Below are positions 1 through 9,721 of a DNA stretch of 64,000 bases, one piece after another (the stretch's first letter is position 1; every line of letters starts with the position of its first letter). The notes under the pieces are model-generated. The model had not been told where the DNA came from. It made no database searches and was given only the letters and a program-made list of their open reading frames with translations. The translations under genes and the position numbers were made by a program. Source of the stretch: an uncultured Gemmatimonadales bacterium (GTDB taxonomy: Bacteria > Gemmatimonadota > Gemmatimonadetes > Gemmatimonadales > GWC2-71-9); NCBI GenBank assembly GCA_963831425.1, contig CAWHQC010000015.1, positions 100,821-164,820 on the forward strand, in the 5' to 3' direction.

Positions 1-326
1 GTGCTGGGCACCGTCCCGCCGGTGCCCGAGCGCGCCGGACGCCTCGCCGTCCGAGAGCGGCGGCGCCGGGCGCCGGGTCGGCCGCGTGCTCGTCCGGGGA
101 TCAGCCGGCGCGCGTGGTTGCAGCTCGAGCTGGCGAAATGCGCGTGGATGTCCACGCCGCCGGGCATGACGACCATGCCCCGCGCGTCGAGCGTCGGCGC
201 GCCCGCCGGCAGGCGCTCGACGATCCGGCCGCCCTCGATGCAGACGTCGCGGATCTCGCCGTCCACGCCGTTGGCCGGGTCGTGCACGGTGCCGCCCGTG
301 ATCCGGAGCCGGTCCGGTGCGCTCAT
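1..326 (-). CDS. fhcA: Formylmethanofuran dehydrogenase subunit A-like amidohydrolase (Fhc/Fwd subunit A). Only the 5' part is in the window. Frame broken at least twice as assembled.
   Basis: Reverse translation from the ATG at 326 gives MSAPDRLRITGGTVHDPANGVDGEIRDVCIEGGRIVERLPAGAPTLDARGMVVMPGGVDIHAHFAS, the amidohydrolase N-terminus typical of FwdA/FhcA. A GGGAGGA Shine-Dalgarno lies upstream. The start overlaps the upstream gene stop (ATGA). Confidence 0.6.
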   Translation of the reverse strand, partial: MSAPDRLRITGGTVHDPANGVDGEIRDVCIEGGRIVERLPAGAPTLDARGMVVMPGGVDIHAHFASSSCNHARRLIPGRARGRPGARRRRSRTARRPARSGTGGTVPS

Positions 327-1611
327 CGCCGTCCTCCCGCCGCCGCGCCGCACGGCTGCGAGCAGCGCGGCCAGCGTCTCCGCCGCCGAGCGCGGCGCCG
401 GCGAGCGGCGGGCGCAGCGGCAGCGGCACGTCGTCCATGCGGTAGGCCGTGCCGCCCTCGTGAATGCCGGCCACGCCGGTGTCGATCGCGACGCGGGCCG
501 GGAACGGCGCCTCGCTCGCGCGCGGGCCCACGACGACCACCGGCATCCGGCCGGCCGCGCCGTCAGCGCGTCGCCCAAGCGCGGCCGCCGCGCCGACCAC
601 GAGAATGGCGCCCGCACCGCCCGCCGCGGCCCAGCGCGAGGCCGCGGCTCGCCGGGAGCGTAGCGCGGGAAGCCCGTACCGGTACGTCACCGCCATGGGG
701 TATCCCGTCTGCCAGGTCAGCACCGCCTCGGCGCCGGAGCGGTTGCCGCCGGCCCGAAGCGAGCTGAGCGCCGCGCGGGTGGGCCCGTTGAGCGCCTGCG
801 CCAGCGCGATGAGCCCCTCGGCGCGGTAGGGGTCGCGCCGCGCTCTGCGCCGGGCTCGGCGTCGTGCACGATGACGGCGTAGCGCGCGGTCACCAGGCGC
901 GCGGCCGCCTCGGCAGCCGGCGGACTAGAGGCGCGGGGCAGCTCGCCCAGGGTGTTGCCGAGCGCGACGGCCCGCATGACCGACAGCGCGGCGATCTCGT
1001 CGTCGGGCGCGAGCGCGAGCGTCGACGTCCGCGTCCGCAGGTCCGCGGTCGGCGCCGATGGTGACGGAGATGACCGTGCGCCCCGCCCGGCCCTGCGGGC
1101 ACGTGCGTGCCCGCCGGCTCGAGCGCGTAGCGGGAGAGATAGCGGGGGTAGCGCGGCGCCGGGTCCACCGCCCAGAACAGCAGCACGTCGGCACGATTGC
1201 GGATCTCGCCCAGCGTGGCCGCCGCCCGGCCGCGCCGCTGCGCCGCCAGCAGGCCGGCCGCCGCGGGCTCGGAGGTCGCGGTGTCCACCGCCGCGCGGAG
1301 CACGTCGGCGAGGGCCAGCGCGGCGTGCTGCGCCTGCGTGCTCATGTCGGGAGCCAGCACCACCAGCACGCGGCCTCGCGCGCGCGGCGAGCGACGTCGG
1401 CCGCATCGGCGAGCGCGGCATCGAGCGTCGCCTCCGGCCCGCGCGGAGGATCGCGGCCGGCACCGTGCCGTCGCCGAACCAGGCGCGGCCGAGCGGGCAG
1501 GGCGGGGCGAGGTCCGACGATGCGGCCGTCGGTCACGCTGACGGTGAGGTCGTCGCAGGCGCAGCCGCAGCCGAGGCAGGTGACCGGAGCGACGCGCGAG
1601 TCGGGGCTCAC
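323..1611 (-). CDS. fhcB: Formylmethanofuran dehydrogenase subunit B-like protein (Fhc/Fwd subunit B), frameshifted several times as assembled.
   Basis: GTG start (GTGA overlap with the upstream stop), then VSPDSRVAPVTCLGCGCACDDLTVSVTDGRIV in the tail of ORF 1342..2874. It continues as LVVLAPDMSTQAQHAALALADVLRAAVDT..EIRNRADVLLFWAVDPAPRYPRYLSRYALEP in ORF 890..1369. Further pieces lie in ORFs 925..1194 and 717..1463. Confidence 0.55.
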
Positions 1612-2778
1612 GCCGCCCCTCGGCGCGCGGCGTCTCGAGCGCGCGGTAGATCGCCGCCGCCGCCGTCGTCGAGCGCCCGCAGGCAGCCGTCGGCGTCGCG
1701 GGCCGTCGGCGAGCACGCGTGCAGATCGGATGTCCGCGCCCGATGCGCTCGCCAGGGTGCGGGACATCGGCGATGCGGCGCCCGGCTCCAGGCCGCCGGG
1801 ATCGTCACACGACGTCCTGCCGCGCGTAGACGATCGCCTTGCCGTGCACCCGCGCGCGGCCGTGCGCGGGCGTCGCCGGCAGGCCGGCCGGCGCACGCGC
1901 GCGCGTGCATCCCGAACAGCGACGACCCGGTGGCCCGCTCCACCAGCTCCATCGAGGCGGAGTAGCGCGGGTTCACCTCGATCGGTAGCGGCACGCCGTC
2001 CCGCGCGACGAAATCGAGTCCGTTGAGTCCGCGGAGCCCGAACGCCTCGGTCACCGCCTCCGCCAGCGCCGTCGGCGCGCTCCAGCAGCTCCGCCTGGCG
2101 CGCGAAGAGCGGCGTCGCCGCGCGAGCGCGAGCAGGCTGCCGCAGTAGCGGAAGCCATGCGCGCCGAAGCGCGCTCGCCGACCAGCTGCACGCGAGAGCC
2201 CGAGCGGAACGTCCGCCGCCCGTCGGCCGCGAAGACGATCGAGCCCGGGACGCCGTCGATCCGCTCCTGCAGGTACGCCCCGCGCGGGACCGCGCCGCCC
2301 GCGCCGCCAGGGCGAGGTCCCGTGGCCGCCGCCGGAGCGCCGGGGCTTGAGCAGCCAGCGCCGTCCGTCGGCGCCGGGGGCGCGCTCGCGCGGGTGGCGG
2401 GCGTCGCGAAGCCGCGCGGCCGGAGCGCGCGCATGAGGATGATGGGATTCCGGACCTGCTCGAGCACGGCGGGCGGGTTGCCGAGCAGCCGGCGCCCGCG
2501 GGCCAGCGCGGCCACGGCGTCGCGGATAGTTCTCGAAGTTGGAGGTGTACGCCACGAGGTCGGCGCGACGAGCCGCGCCGCCGCCGTGGCGGCCGTCTGG
2601 GGCTGAACGCCGGCACCGTCGTCCCGCCGAAGCGGCACCACCTCGGCCACGGCGCGCAGGTCGAGATCGCCGAACGCGTCGACCGCGGTGACGCGGTAGC
2701 CCGGCGCGGGCGGCGGAGGCCGGCCAGCGCCCGCGTCGACACGCCGGCGATGAGCACGTGCGGCCGCCGCTCAGCCAT
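1608..2778 (-). CDS. ATP-grasp enzyme of the type found in H4MPT/methanofuran cofactor clusters, frameshifted as assembled.
   Basis: Start MAERRPHVLIAGVSTRALA. ATP-grasp-like segments WLLKPRRSGGGHG, YLQERIDGVPGSIVFAADGR and LNGLDFVARDGVPLPIEVNPRYSASMELVERATG are spread over ORFs 1342..2874, 1608..2894 and 2051..2650. Confidence 0.55.
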
Positions 2779-3836
2779 CGCGCAGCCCGAGCCGCCGCCG
2801 CGCCGCGGCGGGAGAGATGACGTGCAGATGGTCCAGCACCGTTCCTCTCGCCTCCCGATCCCGAGCCGTTCCACCAGCGCGCGGCGCGCGCCACCAGCCA
2901 GTCCGTCGGCGATCAGCGCCGCCCCCTGCGCGCCCTGCTTGGCCCGCGAGGCGAAGCCGGTCGACGATCGGACCTCGCCGATGCTCCGCCAGCGCCGCCA
3001 GCAGCGCGTCCCGCATCGCCGGCTCGGCGGCCATCCGGCCGGAGAGCAGGATCTCGTCCGCCGTCGGGCGCCGCGCTCCGGAGCTGGCGCGCCGCCCGGG
3101 CGGCGCCTTCGAGGTAGGCCTCGAGCGCCACGGCCGCGAGCGCCGGAGTCGTCGCTCGATGACGCGAGGCGACGCCGCCGCTGAAAGAGCAGTCGCCTTG
3201 GTCACCTCGCCCGCGAGGAAGGCGACTTCGCCGTCGAGCGCGCCGGCCGCGCGCCAGCCGATCGGCCCGCTGCTCCCGCCGAGCCCGTCCACGATCCGGC
3301 CGCGCTCGACCGCGAGCCCCGCGGTGAACGCGCCGCCCAGCTCGAGCAGCACCAGCGAGACGTGTCCCGCGGCCGCGCCCGCGGCGGCTCGCTCTGGTCC
3401 GCGATCGCCAGCGCCGCCGCGCAGACCTTGTCGGCCGTGCCCAGGTCGACCCGGTTGAGCTTCCGGTGCGCGCGGCACCGTATCGAGGTGGATCACGCCG
3501 GGGGTGAACACGAGCGGCAGCCCGGCCGCGTCGAGCTGCCGCGCCAGCGTCCGCAGGCCGCCGATCCCGCCCGCCTCACCGGGCGGCGGCGAGAAAGGCG
3601 AGCCGAAGCTCCTCGTCGCTGACGTCGCTGCGCCGGACGGAGCGGCAGGCCGTAGCCGGAGGGGCCGACGACCAGATCGAGCGGGCCCGCGCGGCCAGAA
3701 GCGCGTCGAGCAGCGGCCGCGGGTCCGCCAGCACCTCGGCCGTGGGCCAGGTCGCGTCGAGGTAGAGCCGGCCATCGTCCAGGCCGCAGACGTCCAGGCT
3801 CAGCGTGCCCGGGATCGATCCCGCGACGCGCGGCAC
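2771..3836 (-). CDS. DUF1464-like (ASKHA/butyrate-kinase-like fold) protein, frameshifted as assembled.
   Basis: GTG start with VPRVAGSIPGTLSLDVCGLDDGRLYLDATWPT in the tail of ORF 3576..4721. ORF 2771..3775 then gives GGIGGLRTLARQLDAAGLPLVFTPGVIHLDTVP and VSLVLLELGGAFTAGLAVERGRIVDGLGGSSGPIGWRAAGALDGEVAFLAG. The family assignment is from memory. Confidence 0.45.
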
Positions 3837-3840
3837 CGCG

Positions 3841-4721
3841 CTACCGCTTCTGCGGCACCATCTCCCGGGCCACGTCGGCGATGGCCTCGGCGTCGAGCAC
3901 CAGGTCGTTCCGGGTGAACAGCCGCGCGACGCACGCCTTGTGGAGCTTCGTCTTGAAGTTGCCGACGCCGAACGCGCCGAAGACCGCGACGCCGTCCCGC
4001 TCGCTCGCCCGCATCGTCGACTTCGACGCCCTCGATGCCGAGCGGCGGCACGGCGTTGAGGTCCACGGCCACCTTGAGCGTCTTCACGCGCGGTCCAGGC
4101 CGACCTGCGGCACCATCTGCACGCCCGGCCGGGCCGGAGTTGAGCAGGATCTCCGCGCCGTCCAGCAGCTCGGGGAGCTTGGAGGGATCGTTCATCGCGA
4201 CGGCATCGACCTGGACGTCGAACCGCGCACCGATGAACTGGCGCGCCTTGTCGCCCTGCTCCGGCTTGCGCGAGGTGATGGTGACGCTGCGCGCCGTCCT
4301 TGGCCAGCAGGCCGGCCGCGCGCTGGCCCACCGGGCCGGTGCCGGCGAGGATCAGCGACCTTCTTGCCGCTGCAGGTCGCCGAGCGTCTCCTCGATCTTC
4401 ACCACCGCGGCCACCGCGGTGGTGTTCGAGCCGTTGGAGTCGAGCATGATGGAGACGCGAGAACGGCGCGAACAGCGCGTCCTGCGCCATCGCCAGGAGC
4501 TGCTCGCCGGCCGACATGTTGTTGCCGCCGATCCAGACGGCGGTGTTGTGCAGGTCCTTGGGGCCGCGGGTGAAGATGCAGCCGTGGATGAGATCGCGGA
4601 CGTCGCCTTCGGTGACGCCGCCGTAGCTCATGATGGCGTCGGCGCCCGCGTCGTACGCGACGACCTGGTCGAACACGCTGGGCAGCCGGGAGCTGTCGAG
4701 CTGGAGCAGGAGCTTGCGCAT
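3841..4721 (-). CDS. mtdB: NAD(P)-dependent methylene-tetrahydromethanopterin dehydrogenase (MtdA/MtdB family), frameshifted as assembled.
   Basis: [76 protein letters not shown] and [22 protein letters not shown] lie in ORF 3576..4721. [19 protein letters not shown] lies in ORF 3800..4195. The C-terminus [39 protein letters not shown]-stop is in a third frame. Confidence 0.7.
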
Positions 4722-4832
4722 TGCCGGACCGATCTCCCTCGAGGGGCTCGTACGACTCGTGGAAAGATACGAGGGGCGCGCCCGACGGCGGGCCGCCCCT
4801 CGTGGACACTCCGGTGCAGCGGGACTGTACGA

Positions 4833-5347
4833 TCAGCCCTCGGCGCCGCTGGCGAACGGATGCCGCGCGGCCTTGTACTTGGAGAGCACCTCGTCGACCG
4901 TCGGCTTGCCCTTGCAGCGCGCGGGCGATGGACTCCTTGGTCGCCTGGTAGTTGTACTGGTAGATCTTCTTGTCGTCCTCGGCCTGCCAGTGGATGAACA
5001 CGCCCACGAGGATGACGAGGTCGTTGGCCTGCGTCTTGGAGATGACGCCCTTCGCTCACCGAATCCATGACCGCGCGGGCCACGGCCGCCTGGGCCGGGC
5101 CGAACATCTGAACGGCCTGCTTGGCGCCCTTGATCGTGACCTTGTTGAACAGCACCGTGTCGGGCTTGCAGGGCAGGTTCGGGGTGACCACGGCGAGCAG
5201 CGTGGTGAAGCCGTCGGTGTTGCTGGAGAGCGCCTGGGTGAACGCCGCTCCGGCCGGGCCGGTCTTCGACCCGATGATCAGGTCGATGTGCGCGATCTCG
5301 TTGCCATCGCCGACAAGCGATTCACCGATTGAGAAGTCCGCGGCCAT
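4833..5347 (-). CDS. fae: Formaldehyde-activating enzyme, two frameshifts as assembled.
   Basis: [97 protein letters not shown] lies in ORF 4628..5398. [31 protein letters not shown] lies in ORF 4399..5007. [25 protein letters not shown]-stop lies in a third frame. A GGAGG Shine-Dalgarno sits before the ATG. Confidence 0.8.
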
Positions 5348-5586
5348 ACCTGCCTCCATGTGCGATTTGGTGAAGAGCGAAAGGATTTGCCGAAACATCC
5401 GCAGCTCGACGAGGCGAAGAGTGAGCCGGCAACTGGAGCGACGTGGACGGGAGCGAGGCCACGCGGTCCCGCAAGGCGGGTAGCTCGAACTGGGCGACGC
5501 AGCTCGTGCGCAGAGGCCACTAGTATGGCCGCCCCCCAGAGACCTGTCAAGGAGTCCGCCACCCCGGTACGCCGCGCGGTGCGCGA

Positions 5587-5615
5587 TTGCAGTCGCTCTG
5601 GCTTCGGTGTATATT
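5587..5615 (+). promoter_or_regulatory. Sigma70-like promoter candidate, TTGCAG-17 nt-TATATT.
   Basis: TTGCAG at 5587..5592, an exact 17-nt spacer and TATATT at 5610..5615, about 33 nt upstream of the ATG at 5648. Confidence 0.4.
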
Positions 5616-5619
5616 CGGT
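5603..5619 (+). promoter_or_regulatory. Direct-repeat operator candidate TTCGGTgtataTTCGGT (11-bp period), straddling the -10 hexamer.
   Basis: Third copy of the motif also seen at 25547..25564 and 36905..36922. Confidence 0.45.
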
Positions 5620-5647
5620 GATCGGCAATCCCGAACGCAAGTGGTTC

Positions 5648-5881
5648 ATGACCAAGCGCTTAGTCGCACACGAAGCGCCCGCGCCGAGCCGGGCCAATCG
5701 CTTCCATACCTTCCTCCGGCGGCTCCGCGCCGGCGGCCGCAGCAACATGTACGGCGCCATTCCCTACCTGATGCAGGCGTTCGAGCTCGACCGTGAATCG
5801 GCCTTTCGGATCGTGTGCGAGTGGGTGGATCAGCAGGCGGAGGAGGCGGAAGCAACCCGACACTCGTCCTCCCGGCGCTGA
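5648..5881 (+). CDS. Small hypothetical protein (77 aa).
   Basis: [69 protein letters not shown].. (inner Met of ORF 5360..5881). It has its own promoter-like signals. No family recognised. Confidence 0.4.
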   Translation: MTKRLVAHEAPAPSRANRFHTFLRRLRAGGRSNMYGAIPYLMQAFELDRESAFRIVCEWVDQQAEEAEATRHSSSRR

Positions 5882-6024
5882 GCCGGCGGCGCGATCGCGT
5901 CCCTCCCACGAGACGCTCGCCCGTCGGATCCACGGCTCACCCAGGAATTGCAACGCGTTACGCGCTGGCACGGCCCTCGCGCATCGGGCGGGACGCTGGC
6001 TTCCCGTTCACAAGCGAGGCCACC

Positions 6025-6462
6025 ATGAACACCAGCATCATCGCGGGTTCGCTGATTGCCGCCCTGTCGCTCGCCCCACCGCTCCATGGACAACAGGTTG
6101 CCGCCGACGTCGTGATCCGGACCGGTCCCGTCGCGGGTCATGTCGCGGTCAATGAATATTCCACCTACCGGCGGCCGGTCGTGGTCTACCGCCGGGCTCC
6201 CGCACGGGTCATCGTGGTCGAACGCATCGCCCGCCGGCAGCGTGGCCACGCGCCTGGCCACGCGCCTGGCCACGCGCGCGGCCACGTCCGTGGCGCGTGG
6301 AAGGGCGGGTACCGGGCGGTGACGCTCTGGTATGACGGCGGCCGGTACTACGACCGATACGTCCGCGACTACCCGGGGCTGCGCGAAGTGGTGGTGTACG
6401 AACGGGACGGACACTTCTACCGCGACGCGGAGGGCGATGACGGCGGTCGCGGGGACGACTGA
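6025..6462 (+). CDS. Small secreted hypothetical protein with a short GHAP tandem repeat.
   Basis: Signal-peptide-like MNTSIIAGSLIAALSLAPPLHGQQ (inner Met of ORF 5815..6462). GHAPGHAPGHARGH is encoded by 12-nt repeats at 6244..6291. The C-terminus is Tyr/Arg/Asp-rich. Confidence 0.5.
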   Translation: MNTSIIAGSLIAALSLAPPLHGQQVAADVVIRTGPVAGHVAVNEYSTYRRPVVVYRRAPARVIVVERIARRQRGHAPGHAPGHARGHVRGAWKGGYRAVTLWYDGGRYYDRYVRDYPGLREVVVYERDGHFYRDAEGDDGGRGDD

Positions 6463-6496
6463 CCACCTTTTCCCATCCAGCTCGGTTCCACGATGG

Positions 6497-6522
6497 ATAT
6501 CCCCGCCATGGCGGGGATATCT
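6497..6522 (+). terminator. Perfect 26-nt palindrome GATATCCCCGCCATGGCGGGGATATC. It could be a terminator-like hairpin or a protein-binding site.
   Basis: It lies 35 nt after the stop at 6462 and is followed by TGCGTTTGG, a weak T tract. Confidence 0.35.
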
Positions 6523-6643
6523 GCGTTTGGGGTGTGCGCTGAATCACGGCAATGGCGTCAATCGAAGACATAATGGGAGTCCGAGACAGAGAGGCAGGCT
6601 CGCCGTGGCACGTCCCGCATACAGCTCCGCCTCAGCCAGGCTG

Positions 6644-9600
6644 ATGGCGGGGCTGCTCGTCGGCTTGGGCTTTCTCGCCGGCCGCCCCGCGCACGCCCAG
6701 TATTTCGGCCAGAACAAGGTCCAGTACGACAACTTCAATTTCAAAACGCTCCGGACCGAGCACTTCGACCTCTACTTCTATCCCGAAGAGCGGAGGCCGC
6801 GGGGATCGCGGCACGCATGGCGGAGCGATGGTACACGCGGCTCGCGACCGTCTTCCATCACGAGCTCCGGGGGCGTCAGCCGCTCATCCTCTACGCGACG
6901 CAGCCGCAATTCGAGCAGACCAACGTGGTCAGCGGGATCGCGGAAGGCACGGGCGGCGTCACCGAAGCGCTGCGCCGGCGGATCGTGCTGCCCACCGGGG
7001 GCACGCTCGGCGACCTGAACCACGTGATCGGCCACGAGCTGGTGCACGCCTTCCAGTACGACATGACCGGCGGCGGATCCTACGGCGGGATGCCGGGCGC
7101 CACCAACCTGCCGCTCTGGTTCATCGAGGGCATGGCGGAGTACCTCTCGCTCGGCCCCGAAGCGCCGCTCACGGCAATGTGGATGCGCGGGGGGATGCAG
7201 GACTCCACGCGTGACTCCCTGCCGACCTACCAGCAGCTCACCGATCCCAGGTTCTTCCCGTACCGCTACGGACAGGCGCTCCTGGCCTATGTAGGCGGCA
7301 CCTATGGGGACGACCGCATCGGCGAGCTCCTGCGATCGTCCGCCCGGTTCCGGACCACGGACCAGGCCATCCGCGGCGTGCTGAGCCTCACGCCCGATCA
7401 ACTGGTGGCCCGCTGGCACGCGGCCACGCACGCAGCCTACGACCCGCTGCGCGCACGCACCGAGACGCCGGACCGCTACGGGCCAAAGCTCGTGGGCGTC
7501 AAGGAGAGCGATCTGGGCCAGTACAACCTCGCGCCCTCGCTCAGTCCCGACGGCAGCCGGATGCTCTTCTTCTCGGACCGCGGCCTCTTCTCGATCGACC
7601 TGTACCTGGCCGATGCCAGGACGGGGAAGGTGAAGCGGCAGATCACCCGGACCGCCCTGGACCCGCACCTGCAGAGCCTGCAGTTCATCGAGTCCGCCGG
7701 CACCTGGTCGGGTGACGGCCGGCAGTTCGCCTTCGCCGGGATCTCGTCCGGGCGCCCGGTGCTCGACCTCTACGATGTGGCGCAGCACAAGGTCGCCCGC
7801 GAAATCAGGTTTCCGCAGCTCGGCGAGATCATCAACCCGAGCTGGGCGCCGGATGGGAGCGCCATCGCCTTTTCGGCCAACGTGGGGGGGCTGACCGATC
7901 TCTACGTGTACGATCTCAAGGCCGACTCGCTGGAGCGGCTCACCAGCGACCCGTTCGCCGACCTGCAGCCCGCCTGGTCACCGGACGGCCGGAGCATCGC
8001 GTTCGCGACCGACCGGTTCACCACCCGGCTGGAGGACCTGGCCGTCGGACCCTACACGCTCGCGGTGCTGGACCGCGCAAGTGGGCGCATCGCCCGCGTC
8101 CCCGGATTCGCCGGGGCCAAGCACCTCAACCCCCAATGGTCACCCGACGGCGCGAGTCTGTTCTTCCTGTCCGACCCGGACGGGATCACGAATGTGTATC
8201 GCGTGCGGCTGGCCGACGGCGAGCTGCGCCAGGTTACCAACCTGTTCACCGGCGCCAGCGGGATCACCGAGACGAGCCCCGCGATCAGCGTGGCCGCACA
8301 GTCGGGCCGGCTGGTCTACAGCGTCTTCCGCACCAACGGCTATGAGCTGTACGCCATCGACAGCGCCGAGACCCTGGCCGGCGGGACGCCCCCGCCCCGT
8401 CCGCCGGCGGTGCCCAACTGCTGCCGTCCGCGCGAGCGCGCGAGCGCGCAGCTCGTGCAGTTGCTGCACGACCCCCTCACCGGTCTGCCCCCGAGGGACA
8501 CCACCTTCGGAGTGCAGCCGTATCGCCCGGGGCTCTCGCTGACCTATGTCGGGCAACCGTCGCTGATCGCGGGATCCAGCCAGTTCGGGACCTACGTGGG
8601 CGGCGGTGCGTCGCTCTACTTCAGCGACGAGCTCGGCAATCGCAATCTGATAACCGGCCTGCAGGTGAACGGGGGGTTGAAGGACATCACTGCGCTGCTC
8701 GCCTACCAGAATGTCTCCCACCGGCTCAACTGGGGGGCGGTGGCCCAGCAGGTGCCGTATGTGACCGGCGGCTTCGCCGCGGGGACGACCACGCTCAATG
8801 GCCAGCCGGTCTACGTCGAGCAGGAGCTGCTGCAGCGGCAGACCAATCGCGACCTGCAGTTCCAGCTCGCGTACCCATTCAACACCGCCCAGCGGATCGA
8901 ATTCGCCGCGGGATACACCAACATCTCCTTCGATACCGAGCTCCACACGAACGCGTTCGACGTCACCGGGGCGCAGGTGCTGGACGAGAAGCAGGACCTG
9001 CCCGCCGGCGACGCGCTCAACCTGGGCCTGGCGAGCGCCGCGCTGGTCTATGACAACTCGATCTTCGGGGCTACCGGCCCGATTCTCGGTCAGCGCTACC
9101 GGCTCGAGGTCAGTCCCACCGTGGGATCGCTCGGCTTCGTCAGCGCGCTCGCCGATTACCGCCGCTACTTCTTCCTGCCGGCCCGCCCGTTCACCCTGGC
9201 GACCCGGCTGCTGCACTACGGCCGCTACGGCACCGACGGTGAGGACCCCCGGCTCCAGCCGCTCTTCCTGGGGTACCCAGGGCTGGTGCGGGGGTATCAC
9301 GTCGGCTCGTTTGCCGCCTCGGAGTGCCACGCGCCGGCGTCGGACCCGACCGCCTGCCCGGTGTTCGACCAGTTGCTCGGCAGCCGGATGGCGGTGGGCA
9401 ACATCGAGCTCCGCTTCCCGCTCCTCGGCGTGCTCGGTCTCGGCTCGGGCTACTACGGGGCGCTGCCGCTCGACTTCCTGTTCTTCGGTGATGCCGGGCT
9501 CGCGTGGGACACCAGCCACGAGCCCAAGCTCACCGGTGGCGACCGCCAAGCGGTCTATAGCGCGGGGGCCGGGCTCCGATTCAACCTGTTCGGCTTTGCG

Positions 9601-9684
9601 GTGCTCGAAGCGGACCTGGTCCATCCATTCCAGCGGCCCGACAAGAACTGGGTCTGGGAGCTGAACCTGCAGCCCGGGTTCTAG
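6644..9684 (+). CDS. Tri-modular outer-membrane protein: an HExxH metallopeptidase-like N-region, five PD40/TolB-type repeats and a C-terminal Omp85/surface-antigen beta-barrel. One frameshift near 6790.
   Basis: The signal peptide MAGLLVGLGFLAGRPAHAQ and YFGQNKVQYDNFNFKTLRTEHFDLYFYPEE lie in ORF 6332..7018. A 1-nt shift joins them to AEAAGIAARMAERWY.. in ORF 6817..9684. VIGHELVHAF is the HExxH motif. The repeats are SPDGSRMLFFSDR, WSGDGRQFAFAG, WAPDGSAIAFSAN, WSPDGRSIAFATDR and WSPDGASLFFLSD. The protein ends ..WVWELNLQPGF. Confidence 0.75.
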
Positions 9685-9721
9685 GCGTTTGCATTCGGTC
9701 GCCGGCGGGCGTTCATTCCCT

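Noticed and set aside
1-829. Plus-strand ORFs 1..663, 114..767 and 464..829.
   Set aside because: The minus strand here encodes recognisable FhcA and FhcB segments. The plus-strand translations are Arg/Ala/Pro runs.
5966-5980. Sigma54-like element TGGCAC-N5-TCGC, 45 nt upstream of the secreted-protein gene at 6025.
   Set aside because: It matches GG-N10-GC, with one mismatch in the -12 box. At this GC content I estimate roughly one such match per window by chance. No enhancer-binding protein with an AAA+ domain is seen here.
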